From positions 3,448-67,447 of IMG/VR virus record IMGVR_UViG_3300030095_005604: DNA of 64,000 nt; one strand, written 5' to 3'. Under the pieces are notes generated by a model. It ran no database searches, was not told where the DNA came from, and worked only from the letters and a program-made list of their open reading frames with translations. This document shows, one piece after another, positions 9,769 to 19,564 of the stretch. Both the position numbers and the translations under genes were made by a program. How positions within the stretch are numbered: position 1 is the first letter of the stretch; the number at the start of each line of letters is the position of its first letter. Source of the stretch: a virus. Lineage: Duplodnaviria > Caudoviricetes.

Positions 9769-10415
9769 TTAAAAAAGGTTTAATAGTTTCGTGTCAAGCG
9801 GAAACAGGTAGTGCGTTCAATGATGTACATTCAATTCAATCCTTTGCTCTGGAAGCTGAAAGAGGTGGTGCAGTAGGATTACGATTGAGAGAGACAGAAA
9901 ATGTGCTTGGTGTTAGTAAAGTATGTAAATTACCCATTATTGGTTTGACGAAAACAAATTATGAAAATGGTGATGTTTGGATAACACCATCTTGGAATCA
10001 AGCTAAAGATTTAGTTAATGTTGGTGCTACATATGTAGCGATGGATGCCACTGGTAGATGTGGGTATTATGATATAGAATTAGCATCATCAGGTGGTTTG
10101 ATTAAAATTATTGGTGACATATCACACATAAATCAAGCTGAAGAAGCATTAAAAAGTGGTTGTACAATGTTAACTACAGCTTTAAGTGGTTACACCTCTG
10201 AGTGTGATGTTGATATGAGTAGACCGGACTTTGTTTTATTACATCAATTAAGAAAATACTATCCTGATGTACCAATAATGGCTGAAGGTAGATATTGGGA
10301 ATACGATGAAGTAGAAAGAGCTTTTGCTATGGGTGCACATAATGTTGTCGTAGGGACTGCTATAACGAGACCACACTTAATAACAAAAAGATTAATGGAG
10401 GCATATAATGAGTAA
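9765..10415 (+). CDS. nanE: N-acetylmannosamine-6-phosphate 2-epimerase
   Basis: GLIVSCQA, LPIIGLTK, ITP, MAEGR, VVGTAITRP. Confidence 0.9.
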   Translation: MIKKGLIVSCQAETGSAFNDVHSIQSFALEAERGGAVGLRLRETENVLGVSKVCKLPIIGLTKTNYENGDVWITPSWNQAKDLVNVGATYVAMDATGRCGYYDIELASSGGLIKIIGDISHINQAEEALKSGCTMLTTALSGYTSECDVDMSRPDFVLLHQLRKYYPDVPIMAEGRYWEYDEVERAFAMGAHNVVVGTAITRPHLITKRLMEAYNE

Positions 10416-11244
10416 TAAAGTAAATATAATTGCAGAAATAGGAATCAACCATCAAGGTAATTTTGAATTGATGAAGAAAATGATGTTAGCTGCTAAAAAA
10501 TGTGGAGTAGACTATGTAAAAAGTCAGAAAAGAGAACCTAGAGTATGTTTGACAGAAGAACAATATAATAGAGTATATGATAGTCCTAATAGTTTTGGTA
10601 AAACTTATGGTGAACACAAAGAAAACTTAGAGTTTTCAGTAGAACAATGGGAAGAATTACAAAAATATGCTGAGAAAATCAATGTAAAAATGTTTATGAG
10701 TGTATTTGATGAAGTCAGTGCTGATAAGATGAATGAGATGGGTATGGAGTTATTTAAAATAGGTTCAGCAGAAGTGACTAAATTGTCTTTATTAGAACAA
10801 GTTAAATCTTTTAATAAACCAATAATAATATCTTCAGGTATGAGTACTATTGAAGAGATTGATACAGCTATTGATGTGTTGAAAGGTTCAGATGTAACTT
10901 TAATGCAATGTACATCATCTTATCCATCAAAAGAGACAGAAGTACATCTAAATGTTTTAAAAACTTATCAGGATAGATATAACATACCAGTAGGGTTAAG
11001 TGGTCATTATGTAAATGGTAGTGGTGCTATAGAAGCAGCAGCTGTTGCATTAGGGGCTAAATGGATAGAAAGGCACTTCACATTAGACAGAACTATGAAA
11101 GGTACTGACCAATCAGCATCTTTAGAAAAAATAGGAATGCAAAATGTGGTTAAAAGTGTTCGTGTAGTAGAGAGAGCTTTAGGTGGATTTAATAAACAAG
11201 TATTAAAATCTGAAATACCAATCAGAGAAAAGTGCCGTGGATAA
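10408..11244 (+). CDS. neuB: Nonulosonic (sialic) acid synthase, NeuB family; lacks the C-terminal SAF/antifreeze domain
   Basis: IIAEIGINHQG, VKSQK, FKIGS, IISSGMST, QCTSSYP, GLSGH, IERHFTLD. Confidence 0.9.
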   Translation: MSNKVNIIAEIGINHQGNFELMKKMMLAAKKCGVDYVKSQKREPRVCLTEEQYNRVYDSPNSFGKTYGEHKENLEFSVEQWEELQKYAEKINVKMFMSVFDEVSADKMNEMGMELFKIGSAEVTKLSLLEQVKSFNKPIIISSGMSTIEEIDTAIDVLKGSDVTLMQCTSSYPSKETEVHLNVLKTYQDRYNIPVGLSGHYVNGSGAIEAAAVALGAKWIERHFTLDRTMKGTDQSASLEKIGMQNVVKSVRVVERALGGFNKQVLKSEIPIREKCRG

Positions 11245-11977
11245 ATTAAAAGTAGTTATATTAACAGGAAATCAACCAAGACATACATATTTTGTAAACA
11301 ATATGAATAAACATTTTGATGTTGTAGGTTTGATAACTGAACCTAAACACAAATATTTTGATACTCAACAAGAAGAAAGTGATATAGTAAGAAAACATTT
11401 TGTTAATTTAAAAGTAACTGAACAATTTTATTTTCAATCTCCATCATTAGAACTTGCTAATCATAAACAATTAAAATCCAAAGAAATAAACAATAATGAA
11501 AACATAGAGTGGGTTAAATCATTGAAACCAGACTATGTGTTACTTTATGGTACTGGTATATTAGATAGGTTATGGTTTGATGAATTTGATGACAGAATAA
11601 TAAATTTACATTTAGGAATGTCACCATATTACAGAGGAAGTGCAACCTTGTTTTGGCCTTTTTATAATGATGAATTAGATTATTTAGGTATAACAATTCA
11701 TATAGCAACCGAACAAGTTGATGCTGGTGATATTTTAAAGATAGTTACTCCTGACATAGAAGACGAAGACAATTACTATGACATAACAAATAAATTGATA
11801 CAAAAATCAATAAAAAAGTTTTCAAGTGTTGTTTATGATTATCATGCAGGTGATATAAAAAAGGTACCTCAAGATATTACTAAACAAAAATATTACTATA
11901 AGAAAAAAGATTTTACAGAAAAATGTCTAAAAAAAATATCAACTAAGATGTGGGGTGGTAATGCTATTAGTAGTTAA
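11237..11977 (+). CDS. Formyltransferase-family protein
   Basis: INLHLGMSPYYRG, TIH...VDAGDIL. Confidence 0.85.
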   Translation: MDKLKVVILTGNQPRHTYFVNNMNKHFDVVGLITEPKHKYFDTQQEESDIVRKHFVNLKVTEQFYFQSPSLELANHKQLKSKEINNNENIEWVKSLKPDYVLLYGTGILDRLWFDEFDDRIINLHLGMSPYYRGSATLFWPFYNDELDYLGITIHIATEQVDAGDILKIVTPDIEDEDNYYDITNKLIQKSIKKFSSVVYDYHAGDIKKVPQDITKQKYYYKKKDFTEKCLKKISTKMWGGNAISS

Positions 11978-12878
11978 CTACCATTATATAAGGGAAGACA
12001 TTCCTGAATCCGGTATACATCCAATAACACCCTCATTTTTTAGAAACCAATTAGAATTAATTAATAAAAATGGTTATGAATTTGTTTCTTTAGAAGATAT
12101 TAATAAGACTATAACGACAAAAGAAAATAACCTACCAAAGAAATCTTGTTTAATAACTTTTGATGATGGGTTAAAAGAATCTTATGAAAATGGTTTACCA
12201 ATATTAGAAACTATGGGTATACCAGCAGCATTTTTTGTTATAAGTGATACTATAGTTTATAACAATTTAATAGATGTACATAAATTACATTATTTAAGAA
12301 CACAAGTAGATACAAAAGAAATTTATGACATAATAGCTACAGAGTGTGAAAAATTAAATGATGATGTTATTATGAAACAATATCCGTTTGATGATTTGAT
12401 AAGTGGTAAAGTAAAGTATTTATTAAATTTTGTGAAACCAAAACTAATTAAAGATATTTTTCCAAAATTTATTAATAAATCTGAATCAGATATTGTTAAA
12501 GAATTTTATATGAATGATAAACAAATAAAAGATTTATATGAAAAAGGTTACTTAGGGACACATAGTAAATCACATAAACCTTTAGCTGAATTATCTACTG
12601 AAAATATGTATGCAGATATACTTGAATCTATTCTTTGTATAGAAGAACTTTGTGGAAGTGATAGTCGTATAGAATCTATATCGTATCCATATGGTGAAGC
12701 TAGTGCAGTAAATGACAAGGTAAAATATAATTGTGAACGGTTAGATTTGGTTAGTGGTTTTACTATGTTTAGAGGATTAAATAAAATTGAAGACATTATA
12801 AACAACCCTTTAATGATAAAAAGACTTGACACTAATGAAGTATTTGGTGGTAAAAATGAAGGAGAATATGTAATATGA
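11961..12878 (+). CDS. Polysaccharide deacetylase (CE4/NodB-like)
   Basis: YHY, LITFDDG, GTHSKSH, SYPYG. Confidence 0.85.
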   Translation: MLLVVNYHYIREDIPESGIHPITPSFFRNQLELINKNGYEFVSLEDINKTITTKENNLPKKSCLITFDDGLKESYENGLPILETMGIPAAFFVISDTIVYNNLIDVHKLHYLRTQVDTKEIYDIIATECEKLNDDVIMKQYPFDDLISGKVKYLLNFVKPKLIKDIFPKFINKSESDIVKEFYMNDKQIKDLYEKGYLGTHSKSHKPLAELSTENMYADILESILCIEELCGSDSRIESISYPYGEASAVNDKVKYNCERLDLVSGFTMFRGLNKIEDIINNPLMIKRLDTNEVFGGKNEGEYVI

Positions 12879-13795
12879 GAATTTTAATAACAGGTGGTTC
12901 AGGAACAATAGGAAAAGCTTTTATAAAAGAATTTCCAGAACACACTTACTACAACATCAGTAGAAATGAAAAATTTCTAACTGATTTAATGAGAGAACAT
13001 CCTGAAACTAAAAGTTATATTGGTAACATAGAAGACGAAGGTTTCCTAATGAGAGTATTCAATAGTGTTAAACCTGATGTGGTTATTCATGCTGCAGCTA
13101 TGAAACATATAAATATAGCAGAAGAGAATCCAATACAAACTTGTCAATCAAATGTGATTGGTAGTATAAATGTCATCAATGCAAGTATTATGAATGATGT
13201 TCCAATAACAATAGGAATCAGTACAGACAAAGCTTGTTCTTCTGCTAGTGTTTATGGTGACACAAAATCATTAATGGAAAAATGTTTTATGGAAGCTAAT
13301 ACAACAAAAAACAGATTTGCATTAACACGATTTGCAAATGTAGCACATAGTAATGGTTCTGTATTACCATTTTGGTTAGAATCTAAACGAAAAGATGAAC
13401 CTATTAAAATAACAGACCCTAATATGAACAGGCTAATATTTTCGAAATCAGATGCTGCTAAACTTATCAACAAAGCTATCAACAAATGTGACTCAGGTGA
13501 TGGTGGTTTTGTTTGTTCATATAAAATGAAATCTGTTAATATGTTTGATATGGCTCAGACAATAGCTTATGAAGGTTATATATCAGAGATACAAGAGGTT
13601 GGTAAACGGCCTGGTGAAAAAGTAAATGAAGATTTGATAAGTAAAGAAGAATTACCATTTACTTATGTGCATGGCGATATGATTTATATTTACAATCAAG
13701 AAAATTTAGATGAGAATACTTTATCAGAACCTTATTCATCTGCAACTGCTGAAAAAATGACAGAAGAAGAAATTAAAGATTTAATATGGCCTTAA
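12875..13795 (+). CDS. UDP-GlcNAc 4,6-dehydratase-like (PseB/CapD family)
   Basis: ITGGSGTIG, HAAAMKH, ISTDKA, YGDTK, RFANV...SNGSVLP, RPGEK. Confidence 0.85.
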   Translation: MRILITGGSGTIGKAFIKEFPEHTYYNISRNEKFLTDLMREHPETKSYIGNIEDEGFLMRVFNSVKPDVVIHAAAMKHINIAEENPIQTCQSNVIGSINVINASIMNDVPITIGISTDKACSSASVYGDTKSLMEKCFMEANTTKNRFALTRFANVAHSNGSVLPFWLESKRKDEPIKITDPNMNRLIFSKSDAAKLINKAINKCDSGDGGFVCSYKMKSVNMFDMAQTIAYEGYISEIQEVGKRPGEKVNEDLISKEELPFTYVHGDMIYIYNQENLDENTLSEPYSSATAEKMTEEEIKDLIWP

Positions 13796-14448
13796 ATATA
13801 TTAATACCAGCCAGAGGGGGTTCTAAAAGAATACCTAAGAAGAATTTAGCTGACTTAAATGGTAAGCCTTTGTTATATTATACTATAAATACTTGTAGAA
13901 ATATTACTGATGAAATTTATGTGAGTACTGATGATACTGATATAAAAGAATTTGCAGAATCTATGAATGTAAATGTTATAGAAAGGCCAGATAGATTATC
14001 AACAGACGAATCAAAAACTGAAGATGTTGTAGAACATTTTTTAGAAGAAATAGACACAGATTTGTTTTGTGTTGTACAACCTACATCACCTTTATTATCA
14101 TTTACATCTATATTAGAAGCTATTGATAAGCTTGTATCACCTTTATATGGTGTCGAACAAGTAAAATCTTATGATTCTGTTATATCAGTATGTAAAGATG
14201 TAAATTATTATTGGGATTCAAAAGGTAAACCAGTAAATTTTGAATTAGGAAATAGAAAAAGAACACAAGAACATCAGGGATGGTTCAAAGAAAATGGGGC
14301 TTTCTATATGACAACTAAAGATAATTTTTTAAAAGATAATATTTTACAAAATGGTAATGTTGGATTTATAGAGATGAGTGAAAGAGAATCAATTGACATA
14401 GACAATAAATATGATTTAGAAATAGTTAGGAGAATAATTAATGATTAA
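13786..14448 (+). CDS. neuA: CMP-nonulosonate synthetase (acylneuraminate cytidylyltransferase)
   Basis: IPARGGSKRIPKKN, STDD, QPTSPL, ENGAFY, SIDID. Confidence 0.92.
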   Translation: MALNILIPARGGSKRIPKKNLADLNGKPLLYYTINTCRNITDEIYVSTDDTDIKEFAESMNVNVIERPDRLSTDESKTEDVVEHFLEEIDTDLFCVVQPTSPLLSFTSILEAIDKLVSPLYGVEQVKSYDSVISVCKDVNYYWDSKGKPVNFELGNRKRTQEHQGWFKENGAFYMTTKDNFLKDNILQNGNVGFIEMSERESIDIDNKYDLEIVRRIIND

Positions 14449-15469
14449 GATAAAAATTTTAAACCCTGGAGTGTACAGGAATGAACCTACATTTAGACCT
14501 TTTGCTTTTATACAGGAAAAGTTATATGCTGATTATAGTATTCAGTTTACAGATTCAGATGATTATGATTATATGTTTGTTGGTATGCATGATTTTATAG
14601 ATAAGAAAAGAACATTACAAGAGAGTATTGATTATGGTTTAGAAAATGTTTCTAAAATAACAGGAGATTATTTTTTATTCGAAGGCTCTGATTCAACATC
14701 TTTAATGGGTGGTTATGAAGTATTTGAACAAAGTGATGCAATGTATTTATTTAAAAATCAAATGTTACCATCTCAAGAAGCATATAAAGTTCCATATGCT
14801 CATAATAAATGGTTTTGGGGCAGTGGTAGTGATTTAGATTTATCATACGATATTCCAGATGATATGTGGGAAAGAATTAAATTTACAGGATGGAATGTAG
14901 GACAATTAGTACCAGATTATAGAAATTTTCAACCAATAAATACTAACAAATCATTAGATATATGTGCTATATTTCAAGCTAAACACGATTATAGTGAAGA
15001 CCATAAATCTCAAAATAATCAATTTTATAGAGAACATCGTGGAGGATTGTGGAACAAGTTAGATGATTTAAAACAAAGATATAATATGGTGTGTGATAGA
15101 TTACCAAAAGATGTATACTTAAAAACTATGCATGATTCTAAAATATCCTTTTCTCCATTTGGAATGGGTGAGATTTGTTTTAGAGATTTTGAGTGTATGC
15201 AGTTCGGAACTATTTTTATCAAACCCAATCAAGACCTAGTACACACTATTCCTAATATTTATGAAGACGGAAAAACTTACATTGGTTGTAAATATGATTG
15301 GTCTGATTTAGAAGAAAAGATTGATTATGTGTTATCAAACTTTGATGAATTAAATGTTGAGATAAATGAGAACATAAGAAAGAAATTCATAGAAGGATAT
15401 GACTACGACAAATTATGTTTACATTGGTATAATATCTTTAAAAATCAAAGTGATGTGGAGACAAAATGA
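14441..15469 (+). CDS. Putative GT-B glycosyltransferase
   Basis: SPFGMGEICFRDFECM resembles a GT-B donor-binding C-terminal domain. Confidence 0.55.
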   Translation: MIKIKILNPGVYRNEPTFRPFAFIQEKLYADYSIQFTDSDDYDYMFVGMHDFIDKKRTLQESIDYGLENVSKITGDYFLFEGSDSTSLMGGYEVFEQSDAMYLFKNQMLPSQEAYKVPYAHNKWFWGSGSDLDLSYDIPDDMWERIKFTGWNVGQLVPDYRNFQPINTNKSLDICAIFQAKHDYSEDHKSQNNQFYREHRGGLWNKLDDLKQRYNMVCDRLPKDVYLKTMHDSKISFSPFGMGEICFRDFECMQFGTIFIKPNQDLVHTIPNIYEDGKTYIGCKYDWSDLEEKIDYVLSNFDELNVEINENIRKKFIEGYDYDKLCLHWYNIFKNQSDVETK

Positions 15470-16179
15470 TTAAAGACAGCATAGCAATATTGTGTAGAGG
15501 TGAGTCTTTAAAAGAGATAGAGCTATTACCTGATGTTGAAGAATATATAATAGTCAATGGATTTTCTGATGAATTTGAATTAGACTATATTAAAAATGTG
15601 TTAACTGATAAAAAAATCACTCATCTTATCAGTTTAGGCTCATTAGCTCACGGACACCCATCTGGTGCTAGAAATGGTTGTTTTGGTGCTATGATAGCTA
15701 AGAATAATTTTAAACAATTCAACATAGAAAGAATAGTTTTATCTTACATAGAAGAGTGTTTACCTCACAATGCTAATAGTCCAGTCGTACACAATGTAAA
15801 AAACAAAGATGAAAAAAATATACCTGTGTCTTGTTTAGGAGATGAAAATAAAACACTTATGATAAAAAATCATCCAAGATATAAATTTACATATCCATCG
15901 TGTGGTGTTGGGGCATTAGGATATTCTTCTGTAGATTTAAAGAAAAAAAATATCTACATAATTGGTATGGATTTTTATGATGGTAGTGGATATTTAGAGA
16001 GAGGTATTTACAAATCACAAGAAGCTGCTATAAAGAGAAGTGCAGATGAAGGAAAACAGATGAGAGAGTTTTTTCCAGGTTTTATAGAAAAACAACCTGA
16101 AATTAATTTTACTATGTATACATATTCAGATTTTAATACACAATTAAATAACTTAAATATTATCAATTTAAGACAATAA
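15466..16179 (+). CDS. Putative sialyl/nonulosonyl-transferase (Cst-II/GT42-like, DUF115-like fold)
   Basis: IAILCRGESLKEI...IYIIGMDFYDGSGY parallels the Cst-II IIAGNGPSLKEI...IYLSGIDFY pattern; follows neuA. Confidence 0.55.
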   Translation: MIKDSIAILCRGESLKEIELLPDVEEYIIVNGFSDEFELDYIKNVLTDKKITHLISLGSLAHGHPSGARNGCFGAMIAKNNFKQFNIERIVLSYIEECLPHNANSPVVHNVKNKDEKNIPVSCLGDENKTLMIKNHPRYKFTYPSCGVGALGYSSVDLKKKNIYIIGMDFYDGSGYLERGIYKSQEAAIKRSADEGKQMREFFPGFIEKQPEINFTMYTYSDFNTQLNNLNIINLRQ

Positions 16180-16239
16180 AATTAATGTTTTAGTAAACTT
16201 ATATATACTTATATATATACATATGAACAAAGAGGTTAC

Positions 16240-17067
16240 ATGCTACAGGAAAAAAATAACACACAAGGAATAGACTTTATAATAGTTGTGTTTTATAGAT
16301 TTGGATATGCACAAATATTAACTGAAAGTATAAAAAAGTATGTAAAAAATATTCCATACACTATCAATATCGTAAACAATGGTATAAACACAGGTGAAAA
16401 TAGTGGTCTTGAAACATTAAAAAATATGTTTAAAGATGAACCAAATGTAAATATTATTGCCGGTATTGAACAAACAATTGATTCAAACAATTTAGAACCT
16501 AACACTTATGAATGTAAACACGATGGACGGAAAGTTTCTATAGGTAGTTATGCTAAAGCTGAGGGAATGAAAAAAGCACTCTTAAATAGTAATCGAGAAT
16601 ATGTGTGCTATCTTGATGCAGATACGGTATTTTTAGGTGAATGGACTGATGAAGTATTGTCTTTATTAGAAGAAAATGTCTTTGTATCACATAAATGGAG
16701 AGAAGACATACAAATGGATGGTAATAATTTTTGTATTGTAAAACGAGAAGTGTTAGACAACAATCATTTATATGAAGAGCATGACTTGTATCCAAATTTA
16801 CATTGGAAAGATAGTAATGGTATGCTGTCTCATTGGGCAAATACAGAAGAATTACCATATGTGATTCTAACTAATAGTCACAACAATCGAAGCCTTAAAT
16901 CTCAACACACTTTAAATTTTTCAAATGGTGAACAAGCATGGATAGACGACAGACCGGTGTTTTTTCATCATGGTCGTGGTTCTGTAAGAGCAGACAAATT
17001 GTATAAAGAATGGATTGAAATCACGAGTAATTATTTAGGACTAAAAATTGAAGACATTACATTGTAA
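16240..17067 (+). CDS. GT-A (GT2-like) glycosyltransferase
   Basis: IDFIIVV, INIVNN, YLDADT; paralog of 18622. Confidence 0.65.
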   Translation: MLQEKNNTQGIDFIIVVFYRFGYAQILTESIKKYVKNIPYTINIVNNGINTGENSGLETLKNMFKDEPNVNIIAGIEQTIDSNNLEPNTYECKHDGRKVSIGSYAKAEGMKKALLNSNREYVCYLDADTVFLGEWTDEVLSLLEENVFVSHKWREDIQMDGNNFCIVKREVLDNNHLYEEHDLYPNLHWKDSNGMLSHWANTEELPYVILTNSHNNRSLKSQHTLNFSNGEQAWIDDRPVFFHHGRGSVRADKLYKEWIEITSNYLGLKIEDITL

Positions 17068-17548
17068 AGAAATAAAAGGTGTAAAAATATTTGAACCTGA
17101 TGTGTTCACAGACTTTAGAGGTGATTTATGGACAACTTGGAAAAAAACTGAGTTTCCATTTGACATAGAATTTATTCACGACAAAGTGTCTACATCGAGA
17201 AAGAATGTTTTAAGAGGTATTCACGGAGATTTTAAATCTCACAAACTTTTTTCTTGTTTATATGGTCAATTGTTTTGTATATTAGTAGATAACAGGAAGG
17301 ATTCAGAAACATATTTAAAATGGACCTCTTTGATATTAGATGATAGAAAAAGAAAAATGGTTTTGACTCCACCAGGTGTAGGAAATGCTTTTTTAGTTTT
17401 AAGTGAAGATTCAGTTTTTAATTACAAATGGGCGTATGAAGGAAAGTATCCTGATGTAGAAGACCAATTTACAATTAAATGGAACGATAAAAGATTAAAC
17501 ATAGATTGGCCAATAGATAATCCAATTTTACAGAAAAGAGATAAATGA
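17048..17548 (+). CDS. rmlC: dTDP-4-dehydrorhamnose 3,5-epimerase
   Basis: DFRG, VLRGIHG, VDNRKDSETY, IKWND...IDWP. Confidence 0.9.
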   Translation: MKTLHCKEIKGVKIFEPDVFTDFRGDLWTTWKKTEFPFDIEFIHDKVSTSRKNVLRGIHGDFKSHKLFSCLYGQLFCILVDNRKDSETYLKWTSLILDDRKRKMVLTPPGVGNAFLVLSEDSVFNYKWAYEGKYPDVEDQFTIKWNDKRLNIDWPIDNPILQKRDK

Positions 17549-18420
17549 AAACATTAGTAACAGGAGGCACAGGGTTAATAGGTTCACATATAAAAGGTGA
17601 TTATAAATTTTCAAGTAAAGATTTACCTCTTACAAATTTACCTGTGGCTAAAAGTATAATAGAAAAACTAAATGTAGATAGAATCATACATTGTGCTGCT
17701 GTACAGAAAAATGGTTCTACGATTGAAAATAATCACTTCAATCATTTTTATGACAATATGATAATAAACTTTAATATGTTAAAAATAGCTTCTGACCTAA
17801 ACATAAAAGAGATATTATCAGTAAGTACTATCAATGCACTTCCTGATATTGATGATTGTAATGAGTTAGAATTACATTCAGGAGCTCCAAGAAAAGAACT
17901 TTATTCAGATGGTTTTGTCAACAGAATGTTAGTCACTGCTTCTCAAACTTTAAGTGAAGAAAGTGATGTACGAACACTATATCCACTTTTAACTAATATT
18001 TATGGTCCGTCTAATAAACCTATGAATGGTATAATTCCTTTCTTTATAAAAAAATGTATAGAATGTAAGAATGAAAATAAAGACTTAGATATTTTAGGTG
18101 ATGGTAGTCCTGTTAGAGATTTTATTTTTGTAGAGGATTTAGATAACATATTTAATTGGATGTTTGATAACTATTTTGAAAATGAACCTTTGATAGTTTC
18201 TACTGGTGTAGGTGTAACTATTAAAGAAATTGTCAATTTGATTGTTAAGTATGTAGATTTTAAAGGTAAAGTAAATTGGATAAAAGATGAAAGATTTACT
18301 GGAACAGATGTTAAAGTTTTTAACAACAAAAAATTAAAAACAATAAATCCTGATATTAAATTTACATCTTTGGAAGATGGTATAAAAAAAACGGTAGGAT
18401 GGTATATAAATAATGGTTGA
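17545..18420 (+). CDS. GDP-fucose synthase/ColC-like epimerase-reductase (extended SDR)
   Basis: VTGGTGLIG, IHCAA, NIYGP, GDGSPVRDFIFVED; the YxxxK site appears altered. Confidence 0.7.
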   Translation: MKTLVTGGTGLIGSHIKGDYKFSSKDLPLTNLPVAKSIIEKLNVDRIIHCAAVQKNGSTIENNHFNHFYDNMIINFNMLKIASDLNIKEILSVSTINALPDIDDCNELELHSGAPRKELYSDGFVNRMLVTASQTLSEESDVRTLYPLLTNIYGPSNKPMNGIIPFFIKKCIECKNENKDLDILGDGSPVRDFIFVEDLDNIFNWMFDNYFENEPLIVSTGVGVTIKEIVNLIVKYVDFKGKVNWIKDERFTGTDVKVFNNKKLKTINPDIKFTSLEDGIKKTVGWYINNG

Positions 18421-18625
18421 TTTAGAATCGTCAGTAAAACAAAAAGGAAAATATGTTACACAGATAATTCATTTTGTCGGTGGTGAAAAAAGAACTTTTA
18501 ATGGAGTTTTAACTGAGAGTATAAAACAAGGACAATTTACTAAGTTTGAATGTAAAAATGGAGCAATGATAATGATAAACGATAAAAATGTACTATGTAT
18601 AGAAATTTTTAAGGAGAATAAATGA
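18413..18625 (+). CDS. Small beta-rich hypothetical protein
   Basis: 70 aa ORF in operon. Confidence 0.5.
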   Translation: MVDLESSVKQKGKYVTQIIHFVGGEKRTFNGVLTESIKQGQFTKFECKNGAMIMINDKNVLCIEIFKENK

Positions 18626-19563
18626 AAGATAATTTTAGAGAAGGTATAGATTTTGTTATAACCGTGTACACAAAAAGACATTACTTGAGAATGTTAGTAG
18701 ATAGTATTCATAAGTATGTCAAAAATGTCCCATACACAATTAACATAGTGAATTGTTGGCATGGAGATAAAAGTGAAGGTTTGAAAGAATTAGATGAAAT
18801 GTTCGGTGATGACAAGACGATAAAAATAATAGAAGGGTTTGACCAAAGTGAAACTACAATTTTACAAGGTGATGGTTCTGTTTTTCAATCTACGAGAGCA
18901 GAACATATGTTTACAGGAGGAATAGATGGTAATCAAAAATCACCATCTACTTGGTTTAAAATAAATAGTGATATTAAAGCATTTGAAAACTCAGATAGAG
19001 AATATATCTGTATATTAGATTTAGATTTAATATTTTTAAACGAGTGGGTTGATGATATATTACCATTACTTGAAGATAATTTATTTATATCAAACAGATA
19101 CGACCCTGGACAGATATTTCACGATGCAGAAAATCCAGTACCAGAAGCTGGGTTAGCTAAAACAATGTTTTTTATATCGAAAAGAAGCTTATATACAGAA
19201 CATACTGGATGGCCTAATTTTGATTATAGAGACGGAGGTGGTAATATTACTTATTATGTTCAACAAAACAAATTACCACACTTGATTTTAGATAACACTT
19301 ATTGGAATAAGAATAGAAGAGCTAGTTATGTAAGAGTAACTCAACCAATTACATACGACCATATAAAAGAATGGCATGTAGGAGGTGATGTTGATGGTGC
19401 TACTATTAATCGTGAACATCATTTGATAGATATGGTTTATGGAGAACAAATGTATGTTAATGGTAAACCATTCGCATTTCATCAAAATCGAGGCGTGAGA
19501 AACACTACAGCAAAAAATGACGAGTGGGTCGCAAAGGCTACAAAATATTTGGAGGAAAACTAA
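18622..19563 (+). CDS. GT-A (GT2-like) glycosyltransferase, paralog of 16240
   Basis: Shared GIDF.I.V, SI.KYVKN.PYTINIVN, REY.C.LD.D, GEQ...G.P..FH..RG. Confidence 0.65.
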   Translation: MKDNFREGIDFVITVYTKRHYLRMLVDSIHKYVKNVPYTINIVNCWHGDKSEGLKELDEMFGDDKTIKIIEGFDQSETTILQGDGSVFQSTRAEHMFTGGIDGNQKSPSTWFKINSDIKAFENSDREYICILDLDLIFLNEWVDDILPLLEDNLFISNRYDPGQIFHDAENPVPEAGLAKTMFFISKRSLYTEHTGWPNFDYRDGGGNITYYVQQNKLPHLILDNTYWNKNRRASYVRVTQPITYDHIKEWHVGGDVDGATINREHHLIDMVYGEQMYVNGKPFAFHQNRGVRNTTAKNDEWVAKATKYLEEN

Positions 19564-19564
19564 A

